60,317 bases of DNA from a virus. Lineage: Duplodnaviria; Caudoviricetes. Each line of letters opens with the position of its first letter. Position 1 is the first letter of the stretch. Made by a program: the position numbers and the translations under genes. The notes below the pieces were generated by a model, which had not been told where the DNA came from, ran no database searches, and saw only the letters and a list, made by a program, of their open reading frames with translations. Below are positions 10,120 to 20,358 of this stretch, one piece after another. The DNA is taken from positions 1 to 60,317 of the IMG/VR virus record IMGVR_UViG_3300024518_004211; one strand, given 5' to 3'.

Positions 10120-10414
10120 CGCATCACCTCCGCACCCTCAACGTAGAGTCCGAGCCACGCGACACCGACCGTCGATGTCCGCAGCCTGACGTCGTGCTCC
10201 ACCTCGTATTCGTAGTCGTTCAGGCGCCACGACAGGGGCACCCGGCCGCACCAACCCCAGCCGAACACGAGCAGCGCTTCGGTAGTGCCGAAAGCCACGC
10301 TCGGCCCCCAGGAGCGATCCTCGCCCCAGCCGAATGAGCAGCCGATGCCGAACGCGGCGCCGAGGATGACGATCATGATGGACGTGCGACGGCCGAGGCT
10401 GGGGCGGATGGAGA

Positions 10415-10837
10415 TCACGCCCACCCCGCTTCGAGCGCACACCACATCGGCACGTACATCTCACCGACGTCGCCGACATGCACACTGCACGGATTCCGGT
10501 CCGCGTCCTGGATGAAGTCTCGGGGCGCCCACCCTTCGTTGGTGCCGTCAGTCAGGAGCGCTCCCCGTTCGGTCGTGCGGACCACCTCCAGGACCAAGTT
10601 CACCGGCGTCCAGTCCTTCCCGCCCACCCAGTTGACCTCCGACACCGCCTTCGGCATCACCGCCGGTTTCGCTGCGCCGCTGGGCAGGTCAGGGCAGCCG
10701 GCGCGGACCCAGGCGTCGACAGCACGGCCGCGGGCGCGGAAGCGCTTGGCGATGCCCTTGCGGTCAGTGGCGTGGGTCTGGCCGTAGGTGTGGAGGTCGG
10801 CCTCGGCGTGGAGGAGCGATGTCGTCGTCAGGTCCAT
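10415..10837 (-). CDS. Hypothetical protein
   Basis: ORF from ATG 10837 with TGATG overlap. Confidence 0.55.
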   Translation of the reverse strand: MDLTTTSLLHAEADLHTYGQTHATDRKGIAKRFRARGRAVDAWVRAGCPDLPSGAAKPAVMPKAVSEVNWVGGKDWTPVNLVLEVVRTTERGALLTDGTNEGWAPRDFIQDADRNPCSVHVGDVGEMYVPMWCALEAGWA

Positions 10838-11066
10838 CAGAACCCCTCCACAACCAACCAGCGGTGGCATGCCTTGCAGCCAGTGCTCTTGTCGTACCTT
10901 CGGCTTGGGCGCTCACCCTTCGACGGGCGGATGATGATCCCGCAAGCGAGTGTGAGTTCCACGATTCGACCCTCAGACGAAGGCCACGTATTCACCCGGT
11001 GGTTGCTTTTGACGATGTGAACCACGCCCTTGTATCGGACTGGCGTTCCTGAGTCGGCTCCACGAA

Positions 11067-11597
11067 TCATGTTGATCTCCCTGTCTCGAAAACGTCGACA
11101 CTCCACGGCACCCCGCTCGCCTCCGCCTGCTCCACCCCCAGCGTCGCCCACCCCTTCTCAGCCGCGCCCGCGGACCACGCCGCCCACCTCGGCCCGAGCC
11201 AGCCCCAGTCGAGCCACAGCGTCCGCTGGAGCCCCCGGGCCGGCACGACGTAGCGCAAGGCCACCCCGGCGACGCAACGGGCCTCAGGCCGATGCCAGCG
11301 GGTCAGGCGCGCGGCCTGGGCGGGCTGCACCTCGGACAGCTTCCAGCGTTCGGCGCTGCTGTGCTTCGCTTCGAAGCGGAAGCTGGCGGCGGGGGTGAGC
11401 GCCTCGAAGTCGGGGACGCCGATGGTGCCGGTGGCGACGAGCCCGGAGCGGGTCATCTTCGCCTGGATGCCGTAGCGGGTGAAGTCCAGGACGCGGCCCT
11501 GGGAGCGCCAGGCGGTGAGGTGTTGCTCGATGATGTCCTCCCAGGCGGTGCCGAGGGAGAGGGCGCGGGAGCCGGATTGGTGGCGGTTGCGGGGCAT
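11067..11597 (-). CDS. RecU-like Holliday junction resolvase (PD-(D/E)xK nuclease)
   Basis: G.AWEDII...GVPDFE...FEAKHS...LSEVQPAQ matches the RecU pattern; start at MPRNRHQ. Confidence 0.75.
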   Translation of the reverse strand: MPRNRHQSGSRALSLGTAWEDIIEQHLTAWRSQGRVLDFTRYGIQAKMTRSGLVATGTIGVPDFEALTPAASFRFEAKHSSAERWKLSEVQPAQAARLTRWHRPEARCVAGVALRYVVPARGLQRTLWLDWGWLGPRWAAWSAGAAEKGWATLGVEQAEASGVPWSVDVFETGRST

Positions 11598-11983
11598 CAG
11601 GGCTCCACCGGTCCGTGCGGCTTCCACAGGTGCCCGTCCGGGTGGCCGAAGTTGCGCGGGTCTCCGTCGCCGAGCCATGCCGAGCCACACTCGACCGGGG
11701 CCGGCTCCTGTTTCTGGCAGAACCACTCGACGATCTCGAGACTGGTCAGGTTGCATTCCTCGAACCCAGCGCGATTGCCGGTCACTTCGCTGACGCCGTA
11801 GCGCGCGGGCTCGTGCATCCACGTTGTCCCGTTGTCTGCGCACCTGTCGACACGGTCTTTGCCCCACGCTTCGCAGGCGTCCTCGTAGCGGAGCCCGTAG
11901 GTTGCCGGGGCGTCCACAACTGTGGACCACTCCAGGAACCACGCGCCGTCGCTGTCGTCGAGTCGGATCAGGCACCTACCCAT
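11597..11983 (-). CDS. Hypothetical phage protein
   Basis: 128-aa tiled ORF (WFLEWSTVVDAP). Confidence 0.6.
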   Translation of the reverse strand: MGRCLIRLDDSDGAWFLEWSTVVDAPATYGLRYEDACEAWGKDRVDRCADNGTTWMHEPARYGVSEVTGNRAGFEECNLTSLEIVEWFCQKQEPAPVECGSAWLGDGDPRNFGHPDGHLWKPHGPVEP

Positions 11984-12220
11984 GCTGGTCTCCTCTCACG
12001 TCTGCCAACCAACCGTCGAACGCTGCCACAGCCTTCCGCAGCGCCGCCTCGATGTTGTACCCGCTCTCCTCGATCTCCCCGCTCTTGTGCGTCCGCTGGT
12101 CCCAGGCGTGGAAGTGGGCGTAGACGAGCACGTCGGTCACCTCGATGCGCACGGGGATGAGGTTGCAGCCGCAGACGTCGACGACGTGGGCGGTGAGGCG
12201 GGCGAGTAGGCGATCGGTGG

Positions 12221-13033
12221 TCATGCCGCACCCGTCCATGCTTCATCAGATCCCGCCGTCGCATCGATCCCGACGACATCCTTGATCGACTCCTTCCACC
12301 GGACCAACGGGTGATTCCTGAGCCGCTCGAACAGGCTCCGGATCCGCTCGTCGCTCTGGCTGTCTTCGATGATGTGGACGGTCTTGGCTGCCTTCTCACT
12401 CCAGTGCCCGTTGTTCCGGATCCGGCGCTCTGCCTTGTTCAGCTTGCCGATCCAGATGGACTCGTTGACAAGTGGAGCCAGCACCTCAACCAGCTGCACC
12501 ACCTGTCCCTCATCGGGCTCCAGTAGCGGCTCCATCGACACACTGGTCAGGAAGCCTGCACGGGACGCGTGACCGAGGGCCTGGTATCGCTCCTCGAACG
12601 GCGGCGCCCCAGGCTCCAGGAAGTCGAGCGTGCGCTGCCGTCCCGTCCCGATGCTGAACCGGAAGAGCATCCTGTCCCGGTGTTCGGTGAGGTCGCGGCA
12701 CAGTTCCTGGATGACGTCGAGATGCGGCTTGCTCACGATGAGCACGCTGTTACCGGCCTCCAGGAGTCCGGTGAGCGCCCGCTTCGTGGTCGGCAGGTTC
12801 GCGGGCGTGATGTCATGGGTGGTCGGGAACATGACGACGCCATTGACTTTGCGAGGCTCCCTGCCGAGCGCGTTTCCACCTGGGACCTCGTCCTGCCAGC
12901 CGCCAGGTCCGACCCGGCCGTAGCGGGCGGCGGTCGAATTCGCGTAGCAGTAGAGGCAGCCGTTTCCGCACCCGCTGATGACGTTGGCGCTCTTGCTGGA
13001 CCATTCCTTGGTGCCGGTGGCGCGCTTGCTCAT
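12221..13033 (-). CDS. Radical SAM protein (SPL/DUF5131-like)
   Basis: CxxxCxxC motif GCGNGCLYCYA, VLIVSK, LEPGAPPFEER, SVSMEPLL. Confidence 0.8.
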   Translation of the reverse strand: MSKRATGTKEWSSKSANVISGCGNGCLYCYANSTAARYGRVGPGGWQDEVPGGNALGREPRKVNGVVMFPTTHDITPANLPTTKRALTGLLEAGNSVLIVSKPHLDVIQELCRDLTEHRDRMLFRFSIGTGRQRTLDFLEPGAPPFEERYQALGHASRAGFLTSVSMEPLLEPDEGQVVQLVEVLAPLVNESIWIGKLNKAERRIRNNGHWSEKAAKTVHIIEDSQSDERIRSLFERLRNHPLVRWKESIKDVVGIDATAGSDEAWTGAA

Positions 13034-13677
13034 CTCGTCACCGTCCCTGGTCGCAGCCACACCACCACAGGCCCATTGCGGCGCTCCCCAGTGATGCACC
13101 CGGGCAGCGTGTAGATGGTCTCCGGGTAGAGGTTCCGCCACTTCGACGAGCCGACGAAGGTGTCGCCGTCCATCGCGATCGCAGTCGGGCAACCAACACA
13201 GCCCGCGCCTGTCTTCATCCCGCGCTCACGGAGCCACCGCTCCGCGCTCCGAATCGCCTCGAAGTCGCCCTCCTGGCTGAACACCTCCGCGACTTCACAC
13301 TCGGACAGGAGGCGCTCACCGGCGCGCTTATTGTCCGGGCTCATCGCTGTTCCGTTGAGCATCAGCTTGGCAATCGGCATGCTGCCAGCGTCCACCTCCC
13401 GCCACCCGTCGCCGTCGCGCTCCAGCCAGGCGGTGACCTCGAACTCGTCCGGCTTGAGGCCCAGATCCGCCTTTCCGTCGACGGCGCGGCAGACAGCGCC
13501 GTGGCTGTTGGTCCACGCCGGGTACTCGACGCCGCGCTGGGCGGGTTCGATGTTGGGGGCGAGGAAGCAGAAGTCCGGGCCGACTGTGCGGAGCATGCGG
13601 ACGCGGAGGGGCACGCGGCCCTTGAAGCGGTCCGGGTAGCTGTCGCTCTGGTGGTGTAGTGCTGGGCAGTCGATCAT
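13030..13677 (-). CDS. Hypothetical protein
   Basis: ORF from MIDCPAL with GGAG RBS; ATGA overlap with the radical SAM gene. Confidence 0.55.
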   Translation of the reverse strand: MIDCPALHHQSDSYPDRFKGRVPLRVRMLRTVGPDFCFLAPNIEPAQRGVEYPAWTNSHGAVCRAVDGKADLGLKPDEFEVTAWLERDGDGWREVDAGSMPIAKLMLNGTAMSPDNKRAGERLLSECEVAEVFSQEGDFEAIRSAERWLRERGMKTGAGCVGCPTAIAMDGDTFVGSSKWRNLYPETIYTLPGCITGERRNGPVVVWLRPGTVTR

Positions 13678-13679
13678 CT

Positions 13680-14060
13680 CATCTCCAGATGCCCGAAGCC
13701 CCAGACCCACGCACACCCCGCGGGCACGGGGCCTCCCGGTGTAAATGGGCGCGCGGGCCTGGACTCGGGGAAGGGGTGCCAGCCGGCTTGATGTGTGGTC
13801 CCGGTGCGCGAGTCTGCGCTCCCAAGGAGCCGGCTGGCAGTCTCGAGAGGGTGGCGCCCGGGATTACTCGCCAAAGTGCCGGGCGCCGGAGGGTCTCCCA
13901 CTCGATATGACCGGCGCCCAAAACGGGAGCGCCGACCTGTTGAATGCCGCGCCGCGGGATGCGGGTTGGCAACGTCGTCCGCGGGCCACCCGGCCGCTGC
14001 ATCCACCACCGGCGCCTTGTTCAGGTCGCCACGATGAGGGTTCGGGTGGGCCCGCGGGAA
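13680..14060 (-). other. Highly structured region, candidate ncRNA or attenuator
   Basis: Stems 13777-13788/13828-13839 (12 bp), 13881-13889/13911-13919 (9 bp), 13979-13992/14043-14057 (14 bp, one bulge); ORFs across it are unconvincing. Confidence 0.45.
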
Positions 14061-14546
14061 AGTCATTCGGCACCGTCGAGAAGCGCGATGCATTCGGGGC
14101 AGTTGACCTCTTCGCGCTTGCTCGTGCCCCACCCGCTGCCCTCGCAGAGCATGACGGGCAGGATGCGATCTGTGAAGTCGGCCGTGACCGCGTGCTTGAT
14201 GACGCGTCCCTCGCCGAAGATGCCCTCGATGAAGTCGTCTACCTGATCGATGGTTTCGACTGTGTCGTACATGGCGGACTCCTTAGTTGTCATTTTGCCG
14301 ACAGCCTGAGCCGGTTCGCGAACCACAAGGCCAGCCCAGCGGTCCTGCCAGCGCTCAGGCGGCAGTGGACGCGGATGGCGTCGAGGTGGACGACGGTGGG
14401 GTAGCTGGTCGCGATGTGGCAGTCTGCGATGCTCGCCCAGGTATCGATCGTGTGTGGGCCGACGCCGATGGCTGCGGCGAGGGCGGGCCTGGACGTCTTG
14501 CCGACCCTGATCGCGTCGTCGAGCGTGAAGGGGTGGACGGCGGGCA

Positions 14547-14897
14547 TCAGCGTTCGCCGGCCGCTGGGTCGTTGTGAAGTGGCGAGTTCGTTCTGTTCTT
14601 GCCGACCGTGATGTAGCGACATCGCTCACCCGTGGCTGGGTCAGGAATTGTCCCAGCATGGACCCGTGAATGACACTTCGGGCACAGGCCGACGACATCA
14701 AGCGGCTTTGAATAATCGTGGTGATGCATCGCGACCAGCAGCGCTCCGTTCTTCTTTTCGCCCTGCGGGAGCCCACACGCAGCACATTCGGTGGGAGGAG
14801 GTACGCGTGCCCGCCGAAGCGCATACCCTGCCCTTGATTTTTCCAGCGCTCTTGCGTGGTAGGCATCTCTCGGCTGTATTGTCTTTTTCCCAGCCAT
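14547..14897 (-). CDS. HNH endonuclease-like protein
   Basis: CAACG...HHHDYSKPLDVVGLCPKCHSRVH motif; start MAGKKTI. Confidence 0.75.
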   Translation of the reverse strand: MAGKKTIQPRDAYHARALEKSRAGYALRRARVPPPTECAACGLPQGEKKNGALLVAMHHHDYSKPLDVVGLCPKCHSRVHAGTIPDPATGERCRYITVGKNRTNSPLHNDPAAGER

Positions 14898-15157
14898 CAC
14901 GCCACCCCGTCCAGTTCGCACGACGCCAACACGCCCGGCTCCACTTTGAGCGCCACAGCCAACCGCTTGAGCACGTCGAGGCCCATCGCTCGGACGCGTC
15001 CGTTCTCGATCCGCGAGATGTGCGGGACGGCCAGGTCGGCGGCGGTCGCGAGTTGCTGCTGGGTCAGCCCCGCCGACAGTCGGTAGGTCTTCACGGCTAC
15101 GGAGAGTTTCATCTTCACCTCGCCACTGAGCGTACTCGGCTCGGTTAACATGTGCAA
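14897..15157 (-). CDS. XRE-family HTH regulator (Cro/CI-like)
   Basis: VKTYRLSAGLTQQQLATAADLAVPHISRIENG...LKRLAVALKV; first gene of the leftward block; start codon uncertain. Confidence 0.9.
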   Translation of the reverse strand: MHMLTEPSTLSGEVKMKLSVAVKTYRLSAGLTQQQLATAADLAVPHISRIENGRVRAMGLDVLKRLAVALKVEPGVLASCELDGVA

Positions 15158-15302
15158 GCCCAGCGCCGATATATTTTCTGCCGTCGATGAGAACGTCGCG
15201 GATTTCCTGCATGTCTACATGCTCACTAATCTTTTTCGCTCAAGTAGCTTGCGGTTAGTCCCGATACGTGGCATATCATTGAGCGTAACAAGGAGCGACC
15301 CG
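15158..15302. promoter_or_regulatory. Divergent promoter/operator region
   Basis: Lower-GC gap between divergent gene blocks; palindrome GCATGT-CT-ACATGC at 15209-15222. Confidence 0.6.
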
Positions 15303-15695
15303 ATGGCAACCACCGAAACCTGGCTGGACATCATGCCGGCGATTCCGATCACCGCGCGATGCGTCCCCTGCATCTACGAGGGAATGCCCGCCATCGCGCT
15401 CGGGCCTGAGAACGCCTGCGGGAACATCAAGGTGCTGACGTGCATCGGGACCGAGCACTGGCACGTGAAGAGCGCCGACGTCAAGGTCGACGTCGCAGAG
15501 GGCGTGGGGTTCGGCTTCGCTCTGCGGTACGCGATGCAGCGTGTCATCGAGTGGGTCGCCAGCGGCAGGAACGTGCACGGCGCGATGTCCGTAACCGTCG
15601 CACTCGATGAGATCGTCGCGGCGCATATACGCGGCGAGACCACCGACGATGACCGCTTCATCCTCGCCAGCGCCCTTGCTCAGGTGACACCGTGA
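15303..15695 (+). CDS. Hypothetical protein, first of the rightward block
   Basis: AAGGAG RBS before MATTETW. Confidence 0.65.
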   Translation: MATTETWLDIMPAIPITARCVPCIYEGMPAIALGPENACGNIKVLTCIGTEHWHVKSADVKVDVAEGVGFGFALRYAMQRVIEWVASGRNVHGAMSVTVALDEIVAAHIRGETTDDDRFILASALAQVTP

Positions 15696-16312
15696 GCAGA
15701 CTCATCGCGTTCCTCCTGGTCATCATCTCGCTCCACCTGTCGCTGATCGGCATCATCCTCGCTAAGCGGCTCGGCAGAATCGCGAGCGCGATCGAGATGC
15801 AGAATGACATCGACAGGTTCCCGACGCCGTGCATCGAGACGACGAAATGACCCCGCCCCGCCCCCGCCACATCCTCGACGTCGTCACCGCCGACCTCGGC
15901 CCCGAGCGAGTCCCCCCGCCCAGTCACGACCGCCAGGTCGGGCGCCTCGCCTACCTCGCCGCCGTCGCTGGGGCGATGGGGCTCCTGGCTATCATCGTCG
16001 TCCTCACCGCCATCCACCGGGCCGAGCCTGTGCCGTGGGCTGGTGAGAATGTGGGGGTGTCGCCGTGACTGACGCAGAGATCAGCGACAGGATCGATGCC
16101 ATCGTGCGCGACGATCACGACGTGTGCGGCGAACTTCGCGACTGGTGTGCGCTAATCTTCGGTGACGGGCTCACCATTGGTGGGCATCTTAGCTTTCGGC
16201 GCCGCGTGCGCAGACAAATCCGAAGGCGTGTCGCCAAGCGAGACTTCATCAGAGACGAACTTGGTTACTGGCCCCGACTCGCACACTGTGAAGCGCTCTC
16301 CAAGGCATCCCC

Positions 16313-16537
16313 ATGACCCCAGAGCCCTGCTGGAACTGCGACGGCGCCGGCTGGCTCCACGCCGAGACCGGCGACGGCGAGCTGCGCTACCGCTTCGACC
16401 GCCGCACCGGCCAGTTCGTGCCGCGCCGCATCGAGTGCGAGGACTGCGAGGGCTCGGGCAAGACCTGCAGCGACTGCGGGGCGCCCTGGAGCAAGAACAA
16501 CAACTGCACGAGCTGCGAGGCCTCCCATGCCGCTTAG
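16313..16537 (+). CDS. Small zinc-finger protein (DnaJ-type CxxCxGxG repeats)
   Basis: CWNCDGAG, CEDCEGSG, CSDCG, CTSC. Confidence 0.6.
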   Translation: MTPEPCWNCDGAGWLHAETGDGELRYRFDRRTGQFVPRRIECEDCEGSGKTCSDCGAPWSKNNNCTSCEASHAA

Positions 16538-16702
16538 CCCACACCCGACCTTCCTGAACCAGTGGCCCTCCGCCGCCTTCATCATCTTCCTCGCTGCCGC
16601 TCTGGCTGCGGGGATGCACCTGTCCTCGGACCCCGCTGGGGCGAGTCCTGCCCATGGTTGGCGGGGCTCCGAGGATTCCACAACCGAAAAGGACACAACG
16701 CC

Positions 16703-18076
16703 ATGACAACTCACGCCCTCGACCTGCACCGAGACAACGGTCTCCGAGTGCTCAGCAAGAACCACGTCGCCGTCCGGACGGACGATGCTGGCTTCATGAT
16801 CGCCGTGCCCACGACCGTTCGCCTGCACTTCGGGACCGACCTCTACTGCGCCTGCGACCCGCGAGCGATCAAGAACGACACGAAGGTCCAGCCCTTCCAG
16901 CCCGGCTACATGAAGCTGGTGGAGGCCATTGGCGGGACGCTGACCTGCCCCCCGACGATCCGCGACCTCGACCAGGTCGACCCGGTCACCGGCGTCGCCC
17001 CGCTCGTCGCCAATCCGCGCGTCGAATACTACCCCGGCACCTCGCTCATCCGGCACGTCAAGGCCACGGCCGTCTGCATCACGCGCAACCCCGAGTCGAG
17101 CACGCTCACCGCCAGCGTCCAGACCATCACCCAGGACGCCGAGCACATCCTGCGGCAGGCGCTGCTCGGTGACAAGGACCTCGACGAGCGCACCGACGTG
17201 ATGCAGATCCTCAGCGACGACGACGTCGACGCCGACAAGAAGGATGGCAAGCTGCGAGGCTGGGCGGTCATCCCACTGACGCCGCCCTACGCCAACATCT
17301 GCGCCAACATGGGGAGCCCTGCTGTCCGGGAGTGCTTCTCGACCTTCCAGAACCAGAGCGCGACCATCCGCCAGCGGGCATGCAGTAAGGCCGAACGGCT
17401 CGCTGCCGACCACAACCCGGTCACGCGCAAGACCTGGGTGTACGGAGACCTGCTCCAGGACGTGTTCATCCAGGGCGAAGGAAAGGTCGAGGGCGTCAAG
17501 ATCGCCGAGCGCGACGAGGTCGTCGGCGACAAGAAATGGAAGGTGGTGAGCCCCGCCTACATCGACATCGCCACCGTCACCTGGGTGGAGCGTCGGGGCC
17601 AGGCTGAGCTCGAGGAGATGGTCGAGATGCTGGCGAGCGCTTCCGAGGTGGACGGCGTCGACCAGATCATCCGCGGCGACGTGGTCGACATCACGCGCGA
17701 GGTCGACTTCGAAGAGGCCGCGCCCGAGTCCCGCCAGCTCACCGAAGACCTGGAAGAGGACCTGCCCAACGGCGCACCCGACGAGCAGAAGCCCGAACCC
17801 GTCCCCGTCGAGACCACCGCCGCCGAGGCCCCCAAGAAGGCAGCTAAGAAGCCGGAGCCGGCCCCCGAGCCGAAGCCCGAACCCACCAACGACGAGGATC
17901 CCCACGCCGACCTCCGCGAAGAGTGTGTGCAGATGGAGGGCCGACTGCTCGACGAGCACGGACCCGTCGCCATCGACGCGTGCCTGGACTCCGCCGGCCT
18001 GAGCGGCATCTCGATCGACCAGATGGACGAGACCCAGTTGGGCGCGTACCTCGCTGAGATGCGGGATGCGTCATGA
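16703..18076 (+). CDS. Hypothetical protein with acidic/Pro-rich C-terminus, possibly recombination or ssDNA-annealing related
   Basis: AAGGA RBS before MTTHALD; ATGA-coupled to the SbcC-like gene; function inferred from position only. Confidence 0.6.
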   Translation: MTTHALDLHRDNGLRVLSKNHVAVRTDDAGFMIAVPTTVRLHFGTDLYCACDPRAIKNDTKVQPFQPGYMKLVEAIGGTLTCPPTIRDLDQVDPVTGVAPLVANPRVEYYPGTSLIRHVKATAVCITRNPESSTLTASVQTITQDAEHILRQALLGDKDLDERTDVMQILSDDDVDADKKDGKLRGWAVIPLTPPYANICANMGSPAVRECFSTFQNQSATIRQRACSKAERLAADHNPVTRKTWVYGDLLQDVFIQGEGKVEGVKIAERDEVVGDKKWKVVSPAYIDIATVTWVERRGQAELEEMVEMLASASEVDGVDQIIRGDVVDITREVDFEEAAPESRQLTEDLEEDLPNGAPDEQKPEPVPVETTAAEAPKKAAKKPEPAPEPKPEPTNDEDPHADLREECVQMEGRLLDEHGPVAIDACLDSAGLSGISIDQMDETQLGAYLAEMRDAS

Positions 18077-20259
18077 ACCGGCTCGTGAGCGCAGAGGCGC
18101 GCGGCCGAGAGGGGCTCAAGGGTTGGACAGGCAAGGTGGAATTCGGAGGCTGTGACGTCTTCGGGGCGCCGAGCGGAAGCGGTAAGAGCATCATCCTGCT
18201 GATGGTCAGCGCCGGGCTGCGCGGACTCGCCAGTACCGACACCGACACCGAGCGCGACTTCATCGGGCCCCGCCCCGACGTGACCGTACAGCTCAACTGG
18301 TCGGAGACCACGCCCCTGTCGCGCCGGCTCAAGGACGGCCCGCGCCAGAAGAAGAGCTGGGATGCCGCGAACGAACGCGCCGCCGCCATCGTCGGTGAGC
18401 ACACCGTGCGCTGGGACCTGAGCGACTTCACGCGTAGCGGAGACTCGGCGCGTAAGAAGCTCTTCGATCAGGTGCTGCAGGTCGCCGGCGCCACAGACGA
18501 GTGGACGACTGACCGTGTGCTCAGCGGACTCTGCACGAGGCTGGACCTGTCGAAGTCGGATGTCCTCGTCGACATGGAAAACGTCTTCGTCGCGAAGAAC
18601 CCGCCGCCCATGAACGCGCTGCGTGAGCTTGTGGAGTTGCAGCCGCTCGAGGGAGCGGACGTGGGCACATGGCTCCTGGAAGCCACCGGCATCGTCCCCA
18701 GCTCCGGGAGCAAGGACAGTTGGCAGAAGAAGGCCAACGACACGAGGAAGGAAGTAGAGGCGGCCGTGAAGCGGGTCCAGGGAGCCATGGGTGAGACCCC
18801 GCCCACCGGCACCCTCGACGCCGCGCGCTCCAAGGTCGCGACGCTCGAGACCGACCTCACCGACGTCGAGAAGAAGCTGGCCACCATCACTCAGGCCGCC
18901 AGCGCCCAGGAGTCCAGCCAGGCCACTACCGATCAGCTTGTCACGGCTGTCGGCGTTGCCCAGGCCGAGACGGATGAGGCGGAGCGGGAACTAAAGACCA
19001 TCACCCAGGGCCACACGGCAATCAAGGCGCAGATGCCGGGCCGGGCGGCCACCGTCGAGACCACCAAGACGGAGCTCGATGCCCAAGCCGAAGCGCTGAC
19101 GAAGAAGGAAGCGACCGTGCAGGCGGCGCACTCGAAGAAGACTGCAGCCGCCACGGCGCTCGGCAAGGCCGAGGGGCAGACCGCCGCGCTCGACTCGCTC
19201 ATCGACGGCGAGGGTGACAGCACCTGCTTGAACTGCGGGGCGGCGGACCCGTTGGGGCTGGAGAGCCGCCTGAAGTTCGCGCACGTGCGCCTCGATGAGG
19301 CAACCGCTGACATGACGCGGGCCACGTCCTATCTCTCGACGATGGAGCGCATGCGCGACAAAACGAAGGAGCGTCACGCCGCAGCCAACAAGACCCATAA
19401 CGACGCGCTCGAGGCCGTGCGCACCCTGGAGGCCCGCACCAACGCGGCCGAGCGCAGCCAGAGCAACGCCACCAGGCGCCAGGAGAACGCCAGTGTGGCG
19501 CTGGTGACCGCCGAGCAGAACCTGCAGGGGCACCAGCAGCGAGAGGCGGAGCGCTCCAGTGCGGCAACCGGCTTCACCGGCGACCACGAGACGCTGCAGG
19601 CCACCCGTGACGCCCTGGTCGCCCAGCTCGGCGACTCGAAGGACCCGGGCGAAGACACGGCCCACTGGATCGTCGCCCAGCACATCACCCACCTGGAGCG
19701 CGAGCGCAACCTGCAGCAGCTCACCGTCGACCGCGAGGCCGCGGTAGCGCGCTTCGAGCAGGTCAAGGCGCTGGGCAGGGCGCTCAAGGAGCTGCAGAGC
19801 GAGGTCGCACGGGCTGCCTATGTCCCAGTCTGCGCCGCCGCCCAGGAGCTGCTCGACGAGTGCGGCGCTGGTCTGCGGGTGGAGATCCGGGGAGAGGGAG
19901 ACTTCGGCGCCTACGTCGATCCTGCGGTGTGGCCGGCTCGGCATCTCACCAAGGAGAAGTACGTCATCTGGTGGTCGCTGAGCGGGGCGCAGCGGGCGCT
20001 CGTCGGCGTGGCCCTGGCGGTGGCGTTCGCGCGACTCAGCGGTAGCCCCTGGCCGGCCGTGGTGCTCGATGACTTCCAGATCATCGGGGCGAGCCATCGG
20101 GTGCGCACACTCGCTGGGCTGTCGAAGATGGTCCAGGAGGATCGGTTGGCGAATGTGCTGATCGGGTGGGAGATGGAGGAGCTGCGGGAGATGGGTGAGG
20201 GGGTGACTCTGCACTGGCTCGGGGCCGAGTCTGCGGAATCCGCGAAGAGCGCGGCCTGA
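18073..20259 (+). CDS. SbcC/Rad50-like SMC ATPase
   Basis: Walker A GAPSGSGKS, long coiled coil with central zinc hook CLNC, signature LSGAQ, Walker B VVLDDF. Confidence 0.85.
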   Translation: MNRLVSAEARGREGLKGWTGKVEFGGCDVFGAPSGSGKSIILLMVSAGLRGLASTDTDTERDFIGPRPDVTVQLNWSETTPLSRRLKDGPRQKKSWDAANERAAAIVGEHTVRWDLSDFTRSGDSARKKLFDQVLQVAGATDEWTTDRVLSGLCTRLDLSKSDVLVDMENVFVAKNPPPMNALRELVELQPLEGADVGTWLLEATGIVPSSGSKDSWQKKANDTRKEVEAAVKRVQGAMGETPPTGTLDAARSKVATLETDLTDVEKKLATITQAASAQESSQATTDQLVTAVGVAQAETDEAERELKTITQGHTAIKAQMPGRAATVETTKTELDAQAEALTKKEATVQAAHSKKTAAATALGKAEGQTAALDSLIDGEGDSTCLNCGAADPLGLESRLKFAHVRLDEATADMTRATSYLSTMERMRDKTKERHAAANKTHNDALEAVRTLEARTNAAERSQSNATRRQENASVALVTAEQNLQGHQQREAERSSAATGFTGDHETLQATRDALVAQLGDSKDPGEDTAHWIVAQHITHLERERNLQQLTVDREAAVARFEQVKALGRALKELQSEVARAAYVPVCAAAQELLDECGAGLRVEIRGEGDFGAYVDPAVWPARHLTKEKYVIWWSLSGAQRALVGVALAVAFARLSGSPWPAVVLDDFQIIGASHRVRTLAGLSKMVQEDRLANVLIGWEMEELREMGEGVTLHWLGAESAESAKSAA

Positions 20260-20298
20260 GGCTTGCTGAATATGTCGACACGTGTCAAGATGAACAAA

Positions 20299-20329
20299 GC
20301 CCCGGGCCTGTTGGAGCAGGTCCCGGGGC
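20299..20329 (+). other. GC-rich hairpin between the SbcC-like and UvrD genes
   Basis: GCCCCGGG-C-CTG(T)...(G)CAG-GT-CCCGGGGC inverted repeat; no U-tract. Confidence 0.5.
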
Positions 20330-20358
20330 AGCACCCCGAATCTGTAGAAGAGGTCAGG

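Noticed and set aside
13680-14060. tRNA genes or an amber suppressor tRNA
   Set aside because: No cloverleaf with a T-loop GTTCRA motif was seen here or in other intergenic gaps by eye; tRNAscan-SE or ARAGORN would be needed to exclude one.
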